Shown: positions 40,082 to 53,933, counted from the first letter of the stretch. The stretch is 64,000 nt of DNA from Octopus vulgaris (GCA_951406725.2 OX597817.1:138880001-138944000), one strand, 5' to 3'. Program-made: numbers and translations. The notes: generated from the sequence alone by a model not told the origin.

Positions 40082-40952
40082 TGTAGCAGAAACATGTCCA
40101 CGGTGTGCTTGTTTTCTGCAAGTGGTCACATGACCGCGTCACACATCGATCTAGCCCTCTAGCGTCACACATCGATCTAGCATCACACATCGATCTAGTC
40201 ACATGACCGCGTCACACATCGATCTAGCCCATTCCATCACCTGAAAGACCAACCGATCGCGGGAAATTTATGCCTCTCCGCTGGGAGCCTACCCTTAGCT
40301 TTATAAGGAAGCCTTTCCCTCTATTTCTTCAGTGAGGTAGGTTTGCACGATCGAGTTCGGATCTTCTGCGGAGAGCAAGTTTTATTTTCGCAGACAACCT
40401 CAGCGGTCCTTTGACGCGTACCTTTGTTCTTGACTTCCAGCAGAAGTTATGCCTCGTATTTGTTTTCCTATTCTATATTGCATACATCATCATTATGTAC
40501 CAGCTGCGTGTTAAACCGTTGTGTATATATTCTTACCGTTCCTTCAAGATGTATCTCAACAGCTTTGCAGTGTTAATGCACTTCAACGGGCTGAACATAT
40601 CGTCGCATTTAATCCTCCCACGCACCCGTATACTGTAACTAAAACCGGCTTTATCTATCAACTCAACATCAACCCGTTAAAGACTCAATGGGTTCTGGTT
40701 GTTATTGTGTTGAGTCAAAATTTATTCAATAGTTTGGCAACTTATTTGCTTTATTCAGCAAGTTACAACAAGAACAGCCTAGAATTCAAAGTAAAGGCCA
40801 TCGTGTTGCACCGTCTAAAGTCACCTTTCTGCCAGTTCATCGACCCTACACAGATACCATTTCTTGTCCTTCGTGGCGAAGAACTTCACTGAATCTCCCA
40901 CCTCCTTTCGGTTGATGAAGCGTTGCAAGCGCAGGAAGTGTTTGGTGCTACA
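40082..40952 (+). mobile_element. Probable solo LTR (871 bp)
   Basis: Inverted termini TGTAGCA...TGCTACA; imperfect flanks tagatt/tagaaa; U3-like tandem repeats cacacatcgatctag x4 (40125-40230); TATAA at about 40302. Confidence 0.55.
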
Positions 40953-41589
40953 TAGAAACAGGGGTAGCGTTGTACAACAGATGGATAAGTATTTCAAAAA
41001 TACGTGAAATAAATATAAAATTATATTATACAATAATTATCACAAGATTTAAATTTATTTAGAAACGCATGCAAGACATCCAGATGTGCGTAATTACCCA
41101 CTAGTTATGTTGGGTCAGGTCACTCAATTGCTCTGCCTTTCTGCCATTTCTTTGGCTTAATTCTGGGACACCAAAACCTATCAGTTAGCAGAGCAGTTTA
41201 GCAACATCCAAACATATTCAGATTCTATTTCTTTCATGTGCTCAGAAATTCATGATGAGAACTTCACTAATACTCTATCGTTCACATGTTTTTTTTAAAT
41301 GTCTTCCGAAAATATTTTGCCAAGAAGTTCAAGAGATGTTTTTAATATATACATCGACTGCGTCGACGTCACCCTGTCGCGCTACTGTGAACCTCATAAC
41401 GGTTTTCTGGGAGGTGGAGGCCTCTTTTCAATTTACCTCTCCTCTTTTTTGAGGCATTCTTTTTTATATACATTTTCACCGATAATTTGTTCTCCTTGGT
41501 TTTCCTGCATACCACCTTGCTCGTCACAAGACAATGGAGAGTGGGGTGCTGTTAGCTATGTGGAAAGATAATTTCCCCCGACATTATCT

Positions 41590-41749
41590 ATTTCTTTACT
41601 ACCCACAAGGGGCTAAACATAGAGGAGACAAACAAGCACAGACAAACGGATTAAGTCGATTATATCGACCTCAGTGCGTAACTGGTACTTAATTTATCGA
41701 CCCCGAAAGGATGAAAGGCAAAGTCGACCTCGGCGGAATTTGAACTCAG
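41590..41749 (-). mobile_element. SINE family B 3' part
   Basis: Close match to 20620-20780. Confidence 0.8.
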
Positions 41750-42928
41750 CCATTATCGGAGTTGTGACTTATAATGCCCAAGAAGCTGAAACCTGCTGAT
41801 CTTGTTGCAGCCATGCTTCACTCTATTTCTTTCCTCTCTCTCTCTCCACTTCTCTAATCTTTAGAGCAAAAGACCTCCAAGTGGTTGTAGCTACCACATG
41901 TTTAGCAACTGGTCCTTCTATCTTCAGCCGTCAGTCTCATGCTTCTGCACCTGCGCCCTCACTTGGAAACAGCTTTCTTATAGACTCGTGATTTTCAAGG
42001 GTCATCAGGATTTGAAAGTTCGTCATTACTCTTCCCCGAACACATATTTCTTCTCGTCACCGTATTTCTCTACTCTGGATATTGGGGCACATGTGGGGTG
42101 CGGTGTTTCACTATTTCACCCAGCTTTTTGATTGAGTTCTCAGTCCTAAAAGCACAATGCTCTCTTCCAAAAGGTTTCCTACACTCAGTCGATAGAATTC
42201 CACACAATATGTCGTGTACGGCTTCTTCCAACGGTTATTTTAAGTATAACTAAAACTTGCTGCTGTTCTTTAAATGATGCAGCCTAATTAATTTACTCTT
42301 TGCCCATTCTTGTATGAATTCTTCAGAAAGAGAGAGACGCTGTCTTGTCTGGACGGAGGTTCCTAACAAGCCCTTTCGTTCCAGGAACGTCTCCTCATGC
42401 CCAAAGCCTGATTTGCCACCCGGGTAAAACTCTCATGTGCTTAATCTTTTGACTAGATGTTGTCTGTGCGTTTGTGTGTCTGTGTGTGTATACGTGTGGG
42501 TGTGTATATGTGTGTGTGTGTATGTTTGTGTATACGTTAACATTAGTTAAACAAGCGAGGCTCTCGACAAAATAGTCATTAACATCGTTTTTAGTATGTT
42601 GTTATGTAGATGTCTTTGAGATTAATGTTTGTTTTCTTGTTCGTCCTCGGGTGTGTTTTGTTTGTGACAGTCTTGCTTCTGTAAACATTTCTTTCGAGAG
42701 GCGTGGCTTGGAAATTTGGAAGCGATTTTTGTAAGCTATCAGCATGAAAGTAAAAAAAGTTTTTTTTTAAATACCAAAACTTTTTTTCTGTAAACTTTGT
42801 TGGTGAAAACTCAAAGCTTTCCGAAGTTATCTACATGCGAGTAAATTTTAGAAAAATACACAAGTCCATGAAGTAATTATTCATTTTTTGGAAGAGCAAC
42901 TTGAAAATAACGACTGACTGGATCAGCA

Positions 42929-42986
<58 letters not shown>

Positions 42987-42989
<3 letters not shown>

Positions 42990-43520
42990 GCCCTGATGCA
43001 GTACCAGGCAGTGGCTCTCATGAATTCTGATCTTAACTGATTGGAAGTATTATCATGTACATTGTATTGTCTTGGTATAAAAAATGGGCTACAGCAAATA
43101 TTCTGCTCAATACCACAGATTTGCTTGTTCTTAAACACTTGGGCATGTCCCTTAGTGGCTGATGTTATGTGCATCTCTGATCATGAGCAGAAGTAATGGG
43201 GGAGCATCATAGCAGTGTGTTGAAAGGAATTCTTAGAGGTTTGGATAATTCACCTTTGGAAACATGGGTGCTTCGTTCATTATCCTTAAACAAACTTTAT
43301 TCAGCGAGATGGGCTACTCGACCTGAAGAAAATTCCAATTGGGCCCCACCTGCAAGGTCAGGCGCTGTTTATCTTGATATGAGATCACCATGTCGCACAC
43401 ATATGATTGTGATGCATGTACCTGGTGTACCCTTATCAGACAAATAGTCATGATGGGTATACTGGGCTTCGAATATTTTACCCCAGTGTCACTTTGATGG
43501 CATGCACTGCTTTCTCACTC
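42987..43520 (+). mobile_element. Non-coding retroposon 3' end embedded in (AAT)n (copy 1)
   Basis: Same 3' terminus ...ctcactc+(AAT)n as copies at 49175-49600 and 50859-51222; variable 5' truncation. Confidence 0.8.
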
Positions 43521-43586
<66 letters not shown>

Positions 43587-43589
43587 TCT

Positions 43590-44577
43590 TTCTCTATTAA
43601 CCACTGTGGGTTCATATAAAAAAAGAGATTGGGTACGGTACAATGGGATTGAATGGTGTAAAAAGTCAATAACAATGAAAATTATAACAAGTAAATCTCC
43701 CAAGGGCTGCTTGTGGAAACCACATAAAAACCACGATCGCCCTGACATATAGGGCAAGTACCCTTTCTACTCCATCTAGCTTTGATCTAGAGGTGCATGC
43801 TTAGAGTAGGCCCGTTCACTCGCACCATTCGCGCTAAATTCAGCCATCTTTTAACAAAATTGCTGGGAGGCAGCACTTCCCTCTCTACTCTCACTTTTTT
43901 TATTAAGTGAAACTTGAAAAAGTTGATGAGGCCTTGGCCAAAGAGGAAAGTGTCTGTCATCAGGCCTTTCAATCTGGTCCATCACACCAGACAAAAAGAC
44001 ACTTCCTGCTCTTTCCGGTCAAAGAAAGGTGGCGAGGTGATCTTCACGATGGACTCAGCTGATAACCGGATCCGTCAGTAGGTATTTGACATAAACCCAC
44101 AGGTCAACAATGCTCGGGCACTGTATAAAACCATGCAGAACAGTTTCGTTGCTCTGCGCGCACCTCGGGCAAGCTCGGCTGACAGCACATCCATACCTGT
44201 AGAGCTTATCCCGAACCGACAATTCCACCAGGTAGTACTACCAGGCCTGGGATTTTAAGAGATTATCCGTAGGCCTCAGCCCAAAAGTCCTCCGGAACAG
44301 ACAAGCCAACTCATTCTCATCCAATTCCAGATTCTCCCCAGGAACGTAGTCACACTTGCCCGCCACTAACCCTCTATACAACGCCTGAGTGGAATTTCCA
44401 CCGACCACATTGCTCAACTGACAAAGGACTGTGGGTTACTGTTGATACTCTAGATGCCAGGTGCCCCTCGTCGGTTTACGCTTGATCCAGGACTACAGCT
44501 CAGACAGAGATGAGATGTGGAAAGTCGTGTCTAACAAACGGTGACCATACCTGCTCACCGTCTAGGAAGCGCTGCAG
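43590..44577 (-). mobile_element. Tx1/L1-like LINE 3' fragment (zf-RVT region)
   Basis: VRDKLYRYGCAVSRACPRCAQSNETVLH; FGQGLINFFKFHL.KKVRVERE; homologous to 49675-50850. Confidence 0.75.
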
Positions 44578-46017
44578 ATGTTACAGCCTCAGCATATGTG
44601 TGCACATCAGGAAAAGTAAATTGTAACAGGATTGGTGCAAAATGAAACCAATTTTTGATTGCATACTTATGTATGCACAGAGAGTAGTAATACCTGAAAC
44701 ACTGCAAAAGAAAATGTTGAGCGAATTCCCTGCTGAACATCTTGGTATTTCGAGGATGAAAGCTTTAATGCTACGTGTACTTGTCAAAAATGGAAAAAAG
44801 AGAAATTGAAAATTTGGTGAAAGGCTGTAGAGGATATGCTCTTGCAGCAAAATTACTGACGATAAAAAGTGAACCATGGCCAAAAATAGACGTTCAATGG
44901 TCGAGACTACACATCGATTTCGCTGGTTCTTTTAAACGGTTCATCCTACTAAGTGGTAGTTGATAGTTTCTCTAAATGGCCAGGAATTTGTAAGTGTAAA
45001 AAACCAACCTCTTCAACTGCGATAAATTTTTTACATGAGCTGTTTGCGAGATTTGGCATCTTAGACGCGATAGTATCTGACAATGGAACACAATTTGTGT
45101 CTTTTGAATTTAAAAAGTTTTGTAAAACGTTCGCTGTCGAACATGTGATTACGGCACCATACCATCCCAGATCTAACGGTCAAGCAGAACGCTTTGTCGA
45201 TACGTTCAAGAGAGCCCTAAGAAAGTCGAATAAGGAAGTCAAGGATGAGGTAACTCTACTACAATTCTTAAGAGTATACTGTGTGACACCAAATTCAAGC
45301 ACACTAGCAGGTATGTCACCAGTGGAGCTAATGTTTGCGAAGAAAATAGAATCAGTCTTCGACAAATTATTGCCTGGCAAGAAAGGAAAATCGCAACGGA
45401 TAATACAGCAAGGTATTTCAAAAGTGGTGAAAATGTATTTGTGAGGACATATAAGAAGGGAAAACAAAGTTAGGAAGATGGCGTGATTACCAAACGCATA
45501 GGAAAAGGAAGAAAAGAGGTATACAAGAGACACATGAACCACCGAAAAAAAAGATTCGTTGAGAGCGAACCCAAGAGAATGGAAGAACCAATGCTTCTTT
45601 TCAAGTACTAACGCCACTACAAAGAATTGAACCCAGATGCACAAGCATAAGAAAAATGAAAATGTACGGAGTTCCTGGAAGTGGATGCCAAACGCAAAAA
45701 ATATTAAATGTTTTGCTGTATGAAAAAAAAAACTCAAAACAGGGAGGTGGGTTGATGTAAAAAATTATTGCTATTAAAAGAAATAAATTTACACTTCCGA
45801 AGAAAAAAGCAAAACTTAAAAGGGAAGATGTTATGGGGATAATAGTAATAACAGAACGCCCAAACTACGTGACGAGTGGTATATCTTAGTCGTTACAAAT
45901 ACTGAGTGTAGTAGAGAGTACGAAGTAGACGATCATAGATAGTCGTGGTCTTGCTTTTCTTTACTAACTATACTGCTATAACGGATTGGACACTGTATCC
46001 GACAAAGGATTACAACA
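44578..46017 (+). mobile_element. Gypsy/Ty3 LTR retrotransposon 3' remnant (integrase, PPT, 3' LTR)
   Basis: WSRLHIDFAG, VVDSFSKWP...IVSDNGTQF...PYHPRSNGQAERFVDTFK (rve DDE); PPT aaaagggaaga ending 45828 then TGTT...AACA (45829-46017). Confidence 0.85.
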
Positions 46018-46803
46018 GCTCTTTTATTGTTGGTGTTTATTGCTGTGTAGTTCAAAATGTTCGACCTTTGCTGGTGTTGAGATGTGTGATCAGAAAGTTG
46101 TGTGTGTGAATTGGGTTGTTCTTGTGATGGTAGTACTCGTGATGGTGGTGGTGGTGATGGAAGTGATGGGGGTGATGTTGTTGTTGACGGTGCTGGTGTG
46201 GATGCTGCTGGAATAATTATTTGAGAATTTGTTTGTACGTACGTATGTATGTATGTATGTATGTATGTATGTATGTATGTATGTATGTATGTATGTATGT
46301 ATGTATGTATGTATGTATGTTTGTATGTATGTATGGACGGACACACGGACACACACACAGCGTCTCTCCACTCTGGTCATAACTGATCGTTTTTTATGTA
46401 GATTTCGGTGTCATTTTGTTTCTTTCCCTTTTGTTTGATCTACGAAGCTTTTGCCAATTAGGGTCTTCCTGCTCCCTCCCAACGCAGGTTACATCTGATT
46501 GCTCCGAGCACGGGAGGGGAAAATCTTGCTGGGTTTTTTTTTGCGATTTTACTGTTGATAAAATTCTTGATGTTTTGGTGGGTTTCTGACGCTGTTAATT
46601 TCACTGCTGTCGATGTTGGTGATTTGTTTGTTGACGTTGTTGCTTTCACTGTTGTTGTTGTTGTTGTTGCTGTTGTTGTTGTTGTTGCTGCTGCTACTGC
46701 TGTCAGTGCTACTGTGATTGCAGTTCCTGCTACTACTATTACTGTTGTTTTTGCAGCTGTAGAAACCACCTGCTTTTACTGGTGCTGCTGCTGCTGCTGT
46801 TGC

Positions 46804-46856
<53 letters not shown>

Positions 46857-47029
46857 TTGTTGTTGTTGAGGTGGTGGTGGTGGTGGTGGTGGTGTCGTCA
46901 AAAATAAGAGGCTCACTTCTCTCTTTGTCATTCTTGATGTGTTATCCGGTATGTTGGGAGATGCTGTTTCCATCGCAGGGTTTCTCTCTCTCATCCTCTC
47001 TCTCCATTCACTGTTTCTTTCTATCTCTT

Positions 47030-47098
<69 letters not shown>

Positions 47099-47504
47099 TT
47101 CGTCTTCCATTTCTTCACAGCAGAAATTCCTCAAGTGGTTCTTGGCTGTTCAGCAGATGTCTCTGGAACTCGGCTGTGATATATTAACACCCGGGTTATT
47201 CGTCGAAGGAAAGGGAAATTTGTGCGTTGATGCCATTTAGGGGGTTCACTTTCTCCACCCGCATAATTGTTTTCTTTTTCGTCATCTGTCACAATTTCCC
47301 GCCCTTTTTTCAGCCTCCATTTACTCCTCATTATTGAAAGAAGATCAGGTGTTACTAATGAGAGGCGGATTTCGCTGCTGATAGCTGGGACGACGAAAGA
47401 TTTTAGGTTAACGTCGAAACCGCAGCCAGTATCTCTGGATCCAGCTGCTTTTGGTGTTGACTTAGGTTCTGTCCTCTCTCTTCCTCTTTTTTTCCAAATT
47501 TTCA

Positions 47505-47741
47505 TATGCGTGTGTGTGTTTGTGTGTCTGTGTTTATCCCCCTAGCATTGCTTGACAACCGATGCTGGTGTGTTTATGTCCCCGTTACTTAGCGGTTCGG
47601 CAAAAGAGACCGATAGAATAAGTACTGGGCTTACAAAAAGAATAAGTTCCGGGGTCGAATTGCTCGATTAAAGGCGGTGCTCCAGCATGGCCGCAGTTAA
47701 ATGACTGAAACAAGTAAAAGAGTAAAAGAGTAAAGAGTAAA
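47505..47741 (+). mobile_element. SINE family A 3' half
   Basis: Near-identical to 30330-30544. Confidence 0.85.
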
Positions 47742-49041
47742 GCGTTCAAGTGACCCTGACTTACGCATATGTTGCAATTCGGCCCCTCCGATGGCGCTCA
47801 CAGGAATAGCTCTGTGATCATCTGGGTTATACTGACCCCGCATATCTTTGCAGGTTCCACCTAATCGGTAATAGTTATTGATCACGTTGGCATCCCAAAC
47901 CTTTCCATATTGCATCGCAGCTGTGATGAAAGCTGCAGGTCATTATTATTGCCTACATCTTCGGCTCTGACCGTTGTGTGATGTTGTCCCAAGTATTGCG
48001 AGATGAGCTTGTGATAAGGTTTGTGGGGGGACTAACACAGTGTGTCGCCTCACCCAAGCTTCGTGACCAGCCATATAGTCCTATATTTCAGCCAGGGCTT
48101 CTTTAACCACTCTTTTAATGGCATGCTGAAAACTCCTTCATTTTTTGATAACTAGAGAGATATCATGTTTTTCTTTATTTTCTCTCTACGTTTTCTTTGA
48201 AAATAGTTTGATAATAAAGCAGACGATTTCATAATATACTTATCACACGATATTTCTAACAGTTGATCCGCCTTCAGAATTAATTTTAGCAGTTGACACC
48301 AACGAAAGATTTATTACCATCATTGCCACTTCCATTGTTGGTTTTGGCAGATAGCACTGGCAAAATATTTGTAAACTCGTCATTTTTTTCCTGTAAAGTA
48401 AAACTATTTGCTTGTTTAAGTGTTGCCATTTTTTCGTTCTGTTTGTGAAATGTCTTTTTATTTCTTTAAAAAAGATTCAAGTTAATGATTTCAAATTTTC
48501 GAACACCTGTTCAAAACTGGGGGGAGGGGTTGCCAGCTGGATAAAGAAGTCATTTAGTTAAACAAATACGCGAAAATTTATAAGAAAGAATAGCCAAAGA
48601 TATTCAACGACAGACCTTATTTTTTTCCACAAAAGGTAAAAGGGGTGGAGACTGAAATATTCCAAAACGTAAAAATCTGAAAAAAAATTATTTTTTCATT
48701 ACATACATAGAATTGCTACTCCTTTGCAGAGCCACGCCTCAACACGCCAGCGTTCCTCGAAATACAACAAAAACAACAAAGGTTTCTTATTTAGACTCAA
48801 AACTAATAATTTAGAAGGAGGAGCTTTGTAGATAGCATCGATCCTATTGCTCGACTGACATATCATTGAATCCCGGAGGGAAGAACGGCTAAGCTGACAT
48901 CGGCAGGATTTGAACTCAGAACGTAAAGGGCCGAAATAAACACTGCAAAGTAATTTTTCTCACACTCTAGCGATTATATCAGCTTACGATTCTAATAACA
49001 ATAATAATGATGATGATGATGATGATGATGTCTTTTATAAG

Positions 49042-49083
<42 letters not shown>

Positions 49084-49120
49084 AATAATAATGATGATGA
49101 CGACGACGATGATGATGATG

Positions 49121-49174
<54 letters not shown>

Positions 49175-49175
<1 letters not shown>

Positions 49176-49600
49176 GATTTGCTTGTCAGTTGTTTGACCT
49201 TAACCAGTTGAGCATGTCCCTTAGTGGCTGACGATATGTGCATCTCTGATCACGAGCAGAAGTAGTGGGGGAGCATCATAGCCATGTGTTGAGAGGGATT
49301 CTTTGGGTTTGAATAATTCACCTCTGGAAACATGGATGGTTCTTTCAACATCCTTAAACAATCCTTATTCAAGGACCTTTTGAGCGGGATGGGCTACTCA
49401 ACCTGAAGAAAATTCTAACTGGGCACCACCTGCAAGGTCATGTGCTGTTTATCTTGATATGATATCACCATGTCGCGCACATATGGTTGTGATGCATGTG
49501 CCTGGTGTACCCTTATCAGACGGGTAGTCATGATGGGTATATTGGGCTTCGTATATTTTACCCCAGTGTCACTTTGATGGCATGAACTACTCTCTCACTC
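49175..49600 (+). mobile_element. Non-coding (AAT)n-embedded retroposon 3' end (copy 2)
   Basis: Homologous to 43117-43520; (AAT)n both sides. Confidence 0.8.
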
Positions 49601-49629
49601 AATAATAATAATAATAATAATAATGATAA

Positions 49630-49674
<45 letters not shown>

Positions 49675-49675
<1 letters not shown>

Positions 49676-50850
49676 TCTTTATTGGCCACCAGAGCCGAAC
49701 ACAAAACATAGAGGACGATACACAGACGGGGGGCAGTGAGGTTAAACAGCCAACAAACGCAACGATTAACAAAGTGATTAAATTAACAATGTTTCCCCAA
49801 TAGGGGGGGGGAGTTCCACCGTAAGTTGACCAAAGAGACCTCATGCACTTTGGACCCCTTAGCATCAACGGCTCCTCAGGTAGGCACCCTTTCTTCTCCA
49901 TTCCTTCCGGCCTACAGATGCACTCTTAGAGTGGGCTCATTCACGCAGGCCATTCTTGCCACATTGACTCACCTTCCAGCGAACTTGAAGGGTAACAGTA
50001 CCTCCCTTTCCCTCAAGCTGATGATGATTTCATTTATTTGCCACCAGGGCAAAGGATTAGAAGGACAACACAAAGACAGAAATAAAGTGTGGGGCTTTAC
50101 ATATAATAAAATGATTTTTAAAAAGGGTTAAGTATACACGGTATACACTGAAAAAGAAGGGACATATACATAATATACAAAGGTTTAAAAAAGGCGGGAA
50201 AGGATAACAGAGATGTGACCCTCCAGAGGGAGGAGGACATCTTGAGATAATCGAGGAACCCCGCTGTCCGAGATTTCCCTGAACACCAACTCCAATTCCT
50301 GCTCTCCGACTCACAGGTCTACACTTAGAGAGGTACCATCAGCTTTCAATAAACTCACCCGGGGACAGTACGTTCCTCTCTACACTCAATTTCCTTTTCA
50401 AGTGAAACTTGAAGAAATCAATGAGAGTTCTACCAAAGAGGAATGTTTTCTGTCCTCATGCCTTTCAGCTTCCTCCACCAAACAACCTCTTTCGCCACAA
50501 CCACCAGGAAAAGGACGACTGCTTTGCCTGCCCGATTGAAGGAGGGTGGCGGTGCGATTATCACTACAGACTCGGTCGACAGTCGGGTCCGTCCCACACG
50601 TGATAGAAGCTGTTCGACATAACCCCACAAGTTAGCAATGCCCGGACATTGAACGTGCAGAACCGCGGAAACCCCACAAGTTAGCAATGCCCGGACATTG
50701 AACGTGCAGAACCTCGGACAAGCCTGTCTCACAGCACATCCGTGCTTGTAGAGTTTATCTCGAACCGGTAGTAGCACTGCCAGGCCAAGGACGCCTGGAA
50801 ATTATCCATGATAGTTACCGACCGGAAAGTTCTCCGGAATAGACTAGCCA
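49675..50850 (-). mobile_element. Tx1/L1-like LINE 3' fragment with a 44-bp internal direct repeat
   Basis: LPVRDKLYKHGCAVRQACPR; duplicated unit 50621-50664 / 50670-50713. Confidence 0.75.
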
Positions 50851-50858
50851 GTTAGTTT

Positions 50859-51222
50859 GTGCATCTCTGATCACGAGCAGAAGTAGTGGGGGAGCATCAT
50901 AGCCATGTGTTGAGAGGAATTCTTTGAAGTTTGGATAATTCACCTCTAGAAACATGGGTGCTTTGTTCATTATCCTTAAACAAATCTTATTCAGGGACCT
51001 TTTGAGTAGGATGGGTTACTCGACCAGAAGAAAATTCTAACTGGGCCCCACCTGCAAGGTCATGCGCTGTTAATCTTGATATGAGATCACCATGTTGCGC
51101 ACATATGGTTGTGATGCCTGTGCCTAGTATACCCTTATCAGACGGGTAGTCATGATGGGTATACTGGGCTTCGTATATTTTACCCCAGTGTCACTTTGAT
51201 GGTATGCGCTGCTCCCCCACTC
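50859..51222 (+). mobile_element. Non-coding (AAT)n-tailed retroposon 3' end (copy 3)
   Basis: Homologous to 49238-49600. Confidence 0.8.
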
Positions 51223-51309
51223 AATAATAATAATAATCCTTTCTACAGAAGGCACAAAGCCTGAAATTTGGATGGACATTATTTAATTACCCGGACATTA
51301 TTTTTTACC

Positions 51310-51945
51310 ACAGATCTAATGTAAAGCATAAAATAGAACAACTCTTGAGGGTATGGATTGAGGATCAGAATCGGTGAATCTGCCGATAAACATGAGGGCA
51401 ATATTTAAGAAAAAGAAAGAAAAACTTTATATGATGATTTGCAGAAAAATGAAGAAACTTCTAATGGAAAATCCTTTTTGGCCAAGGCTGGTTTGAAAGG
51501 TTTAAGAAAGACATTATTTAGCACAGCACAAAAATGACGTGAAAAACTACGAGCATTGACAGAGAGGCTGCTATTAATCATTCTGAAAATGTTGAAGGAG
51601 ACTACACAGCAGAGCAAATATAAAATGTTGATGTAACTTCACTTTTCTCAAAGTGTATGCTTGCTAGAACTTCTATTTCTCGAGAAGACAAATCAACACC
51701 AGGATTTAAAGCTTCCAAAAATGGTCTGGCAATTCATCGAGAAGGAAATGCCACTGGGGATATGGAAGGAAAGCTCCTATATGTGTATCACTCCAAAAAC
51801 CCAAGGGCTTTCAAGGCTTGCTCAAAGTTTATTCTATCTCTGATTTGGCGCTCAAATAAGAGGACAAGGATGACTAAGAGCCTTTTCAAAAAGTACAAAC
51901 GATTTTGATCCTGCCGTAGAAAGGTTCAGTGCCAGACATAATTTT
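51310..51945 (+). pseudogene. pogo/Tigger-like transposase remnant
   Basis: MLARTSISREDKSTPGFKASKNGL...GNATGD...YHSKNPRAFK...WRSNKRTRMT resembles the Tigger/TIGD DDE region; LLRVWIEDQN CENP-B-type HTH upstream. Confidence 0.75.
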
Positions 51946-52119
51946 GGTTTCAAATTTTGGCACAAAAGCACCAATTTCGGGGGAGGGTGTAAGGCGATTA
52001 CGTCGACCTTACACCCTCCCCCGATAAAAGAAGTGCCAGTCGAGCACTTCTTTTATCGACCCCGAAAAGATGAGAAGCAATATCAACCACGGCAGAATTT
52101 GAGCTCAGAACGTAAATAG

Positions 52120-52428
52120 TAAAGACCCCCTTAGGTCATGAATGACCATGGGGTTGCACCTCGAAAGTTGCCCCAAGGCACAAGTCCAGGCAAGGTTGTT
52201 TATGGAAAACCAGCAGTCGCCCGTGCATACCAGCCTCCTCTCTCCGCGCCACCAAAGGCAAAGGACGACCAGTGCGGTCACAACTCATTTCTACAGCTGA
52301 GTGAATTCGAGCAACGGGAAATAAAGTGTGTTGCCCAAAGGCACAACACACAGCACGGTCCGGGGATCGAACTCATTACCTCGCAACTGTGAGCCCGACG
52401 ATCTTACCACTGAACCATGCTCCTTCAC
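52120..52428 (-). mobile_element. tRNA-derived SINE family C nested in a family B SINE
   Basis: Minus-strand A box TGGTTCAGTGG, B box GAGTTCGATCCC; family B sequence on both sides. Confidence 0.75.
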
Positions 52429-52730
52429 ATAAAGACGGACGAAATGCCGCCAAGCACTTTGTCCGGCATGCTAACGATTCTGCAAGCTCGCCATCCTAGT
52501 GCCAGGCACAATATTTACTTCTTTTGGACAATGCACCGAGCCACCCGCCGAACTGAGATGATGTTTCTGATAAGGTGAGAGTAAAATACATAAACCCTCA
52601 CTAACGCAACTTTTTTGCTCCATCCAAAGGATGAAGATGTAATCAAGGCGTATAAGATGAGAAGAACTTTCAAACTGGACAGGGAGACTTTTGGAAGAAA
52701 TTCAACATGTATATGTCTGAACAAATGTGC

Positions 52731-52812
<82 letters not shown>

Positions 52813-52819
52813 ATATGTA

Positions 52820-53154
52820 TATATATAACTGAGAATGTGTGTCTGTCTGTCTGTCAGTGAGAATCCCTAAAACTTGAGAACTAAACAACCAATTTCATTC
52901 AAATTTTACACATGCCTTACTTAAAGACCAAATAGTGTCATGGGCAAAAAAATGTTTCACTTCTTGCCTAGGGTGAACCCACAGCAATATCATATCTTCT
53001 TCACTATGAATCCCTAAAACTTGAGAACTACGCAACCAATTTCATTCAAATTTTACACATGCCTTACTTAGAGACCATGTAGTGTCATGGGCAAAAAAAT
53101 GTTTCACTTCTTGCCTAGGGTGAGCCCACAGCAATATCATATCTTCTCCACTAT
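52820..53154 (+). mobile_element. Helitron/Helentron-like non-autonomous element 5' part with a 147-bp tandem duplication
   Basis: (gtct)n followed by aacaaccaatttcattcaaattttacac motif; units 52861-53007 and 53008-53154. Confidence 0.55.
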
Positions 53155-53704
53155 TTCAGCTGGTGTTGATTATGTAGCTGAGTGATGAAGTGAAACCTTC
53201 AACTTTGAAGAGTTCTTAGAAATACTGTACTTGTGACATTACATCGTTTCCTAAAGCAGAAAGTCTGCATCAAATTCGGAAAGATGTGACACTTGTGAAA
53301 GATGTATGATTTTAAGAAGCCATAGAAGATGACGTGATTGAGTTGCTAATGTCCCGGAGGGAAAGTTTATGTAACGACAGGCTGATGCTGTAAGAAAAAC
53401 AACAAGCTGGAAATACAGATGAGACAACGGAGGTTCCATCTACACCACTTAAATTAACTGCAACAATTGTTGTTAAAGAGTTGGCACTCATAGAGGAAGG
53501 TCAGCAGGTTTTTGCTGATAAGGATTTCTAATCGTGAATGTAACATAAAAATTACAAGACGGATTTACAATGAGGCACAGTTCCTATCTCACGAGATAAC
53601 ATGAAAATCAAAAGCAAAATAAATTTAAATTTCGCATTACGGCTTTTCGCGTTACGGTCAGATTTTAAGGAAGGCGTTATTTCCGTAAAGCGATGGATTC
53701 CTCT

Positions 53705-53932
53705 GTGTGTATGTGTGTTTGTGTGTGCGTGTGTTTGAGTTTGTCCTTTACCACCGCTTGTCAACCGGTGAAGGTTTGTTTACGTTCCCGTAGCTTAGTG
53801 GTTCGGCAAAAAAAAATAGCCTATGGAATAAGTACAAGGCTTAGAAAAATAGATATTGAGGTTGAGTTTCCCGACTAAACCCCTTAACGCGGTGCCCCGG
53901 CATGGCCGCAATCTAATGACCGAAGCTAGTAA
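53705..53932 (+). mobile_element. SINE family A 3' half, diverged
   Basis: ttagtggttcggcaaaa...gcggtgccccggcatggccgca. Confidence 0.7.
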
Positions 53933-53933
53933 C

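Noticed and set aside
40125-40230. Short direct repeats resembling a CRISPR array
   Set aside because: Eukaryotic context, no unique spacers of regular length, no cas genes
46458-47505. PolyQ/polyP and 124-aa minus-strand ORFs
   Set aside because: Built from (CAA)n, (CCA)n and (GA)n repeats, interrupted by stops, no domain or convincing splice sites
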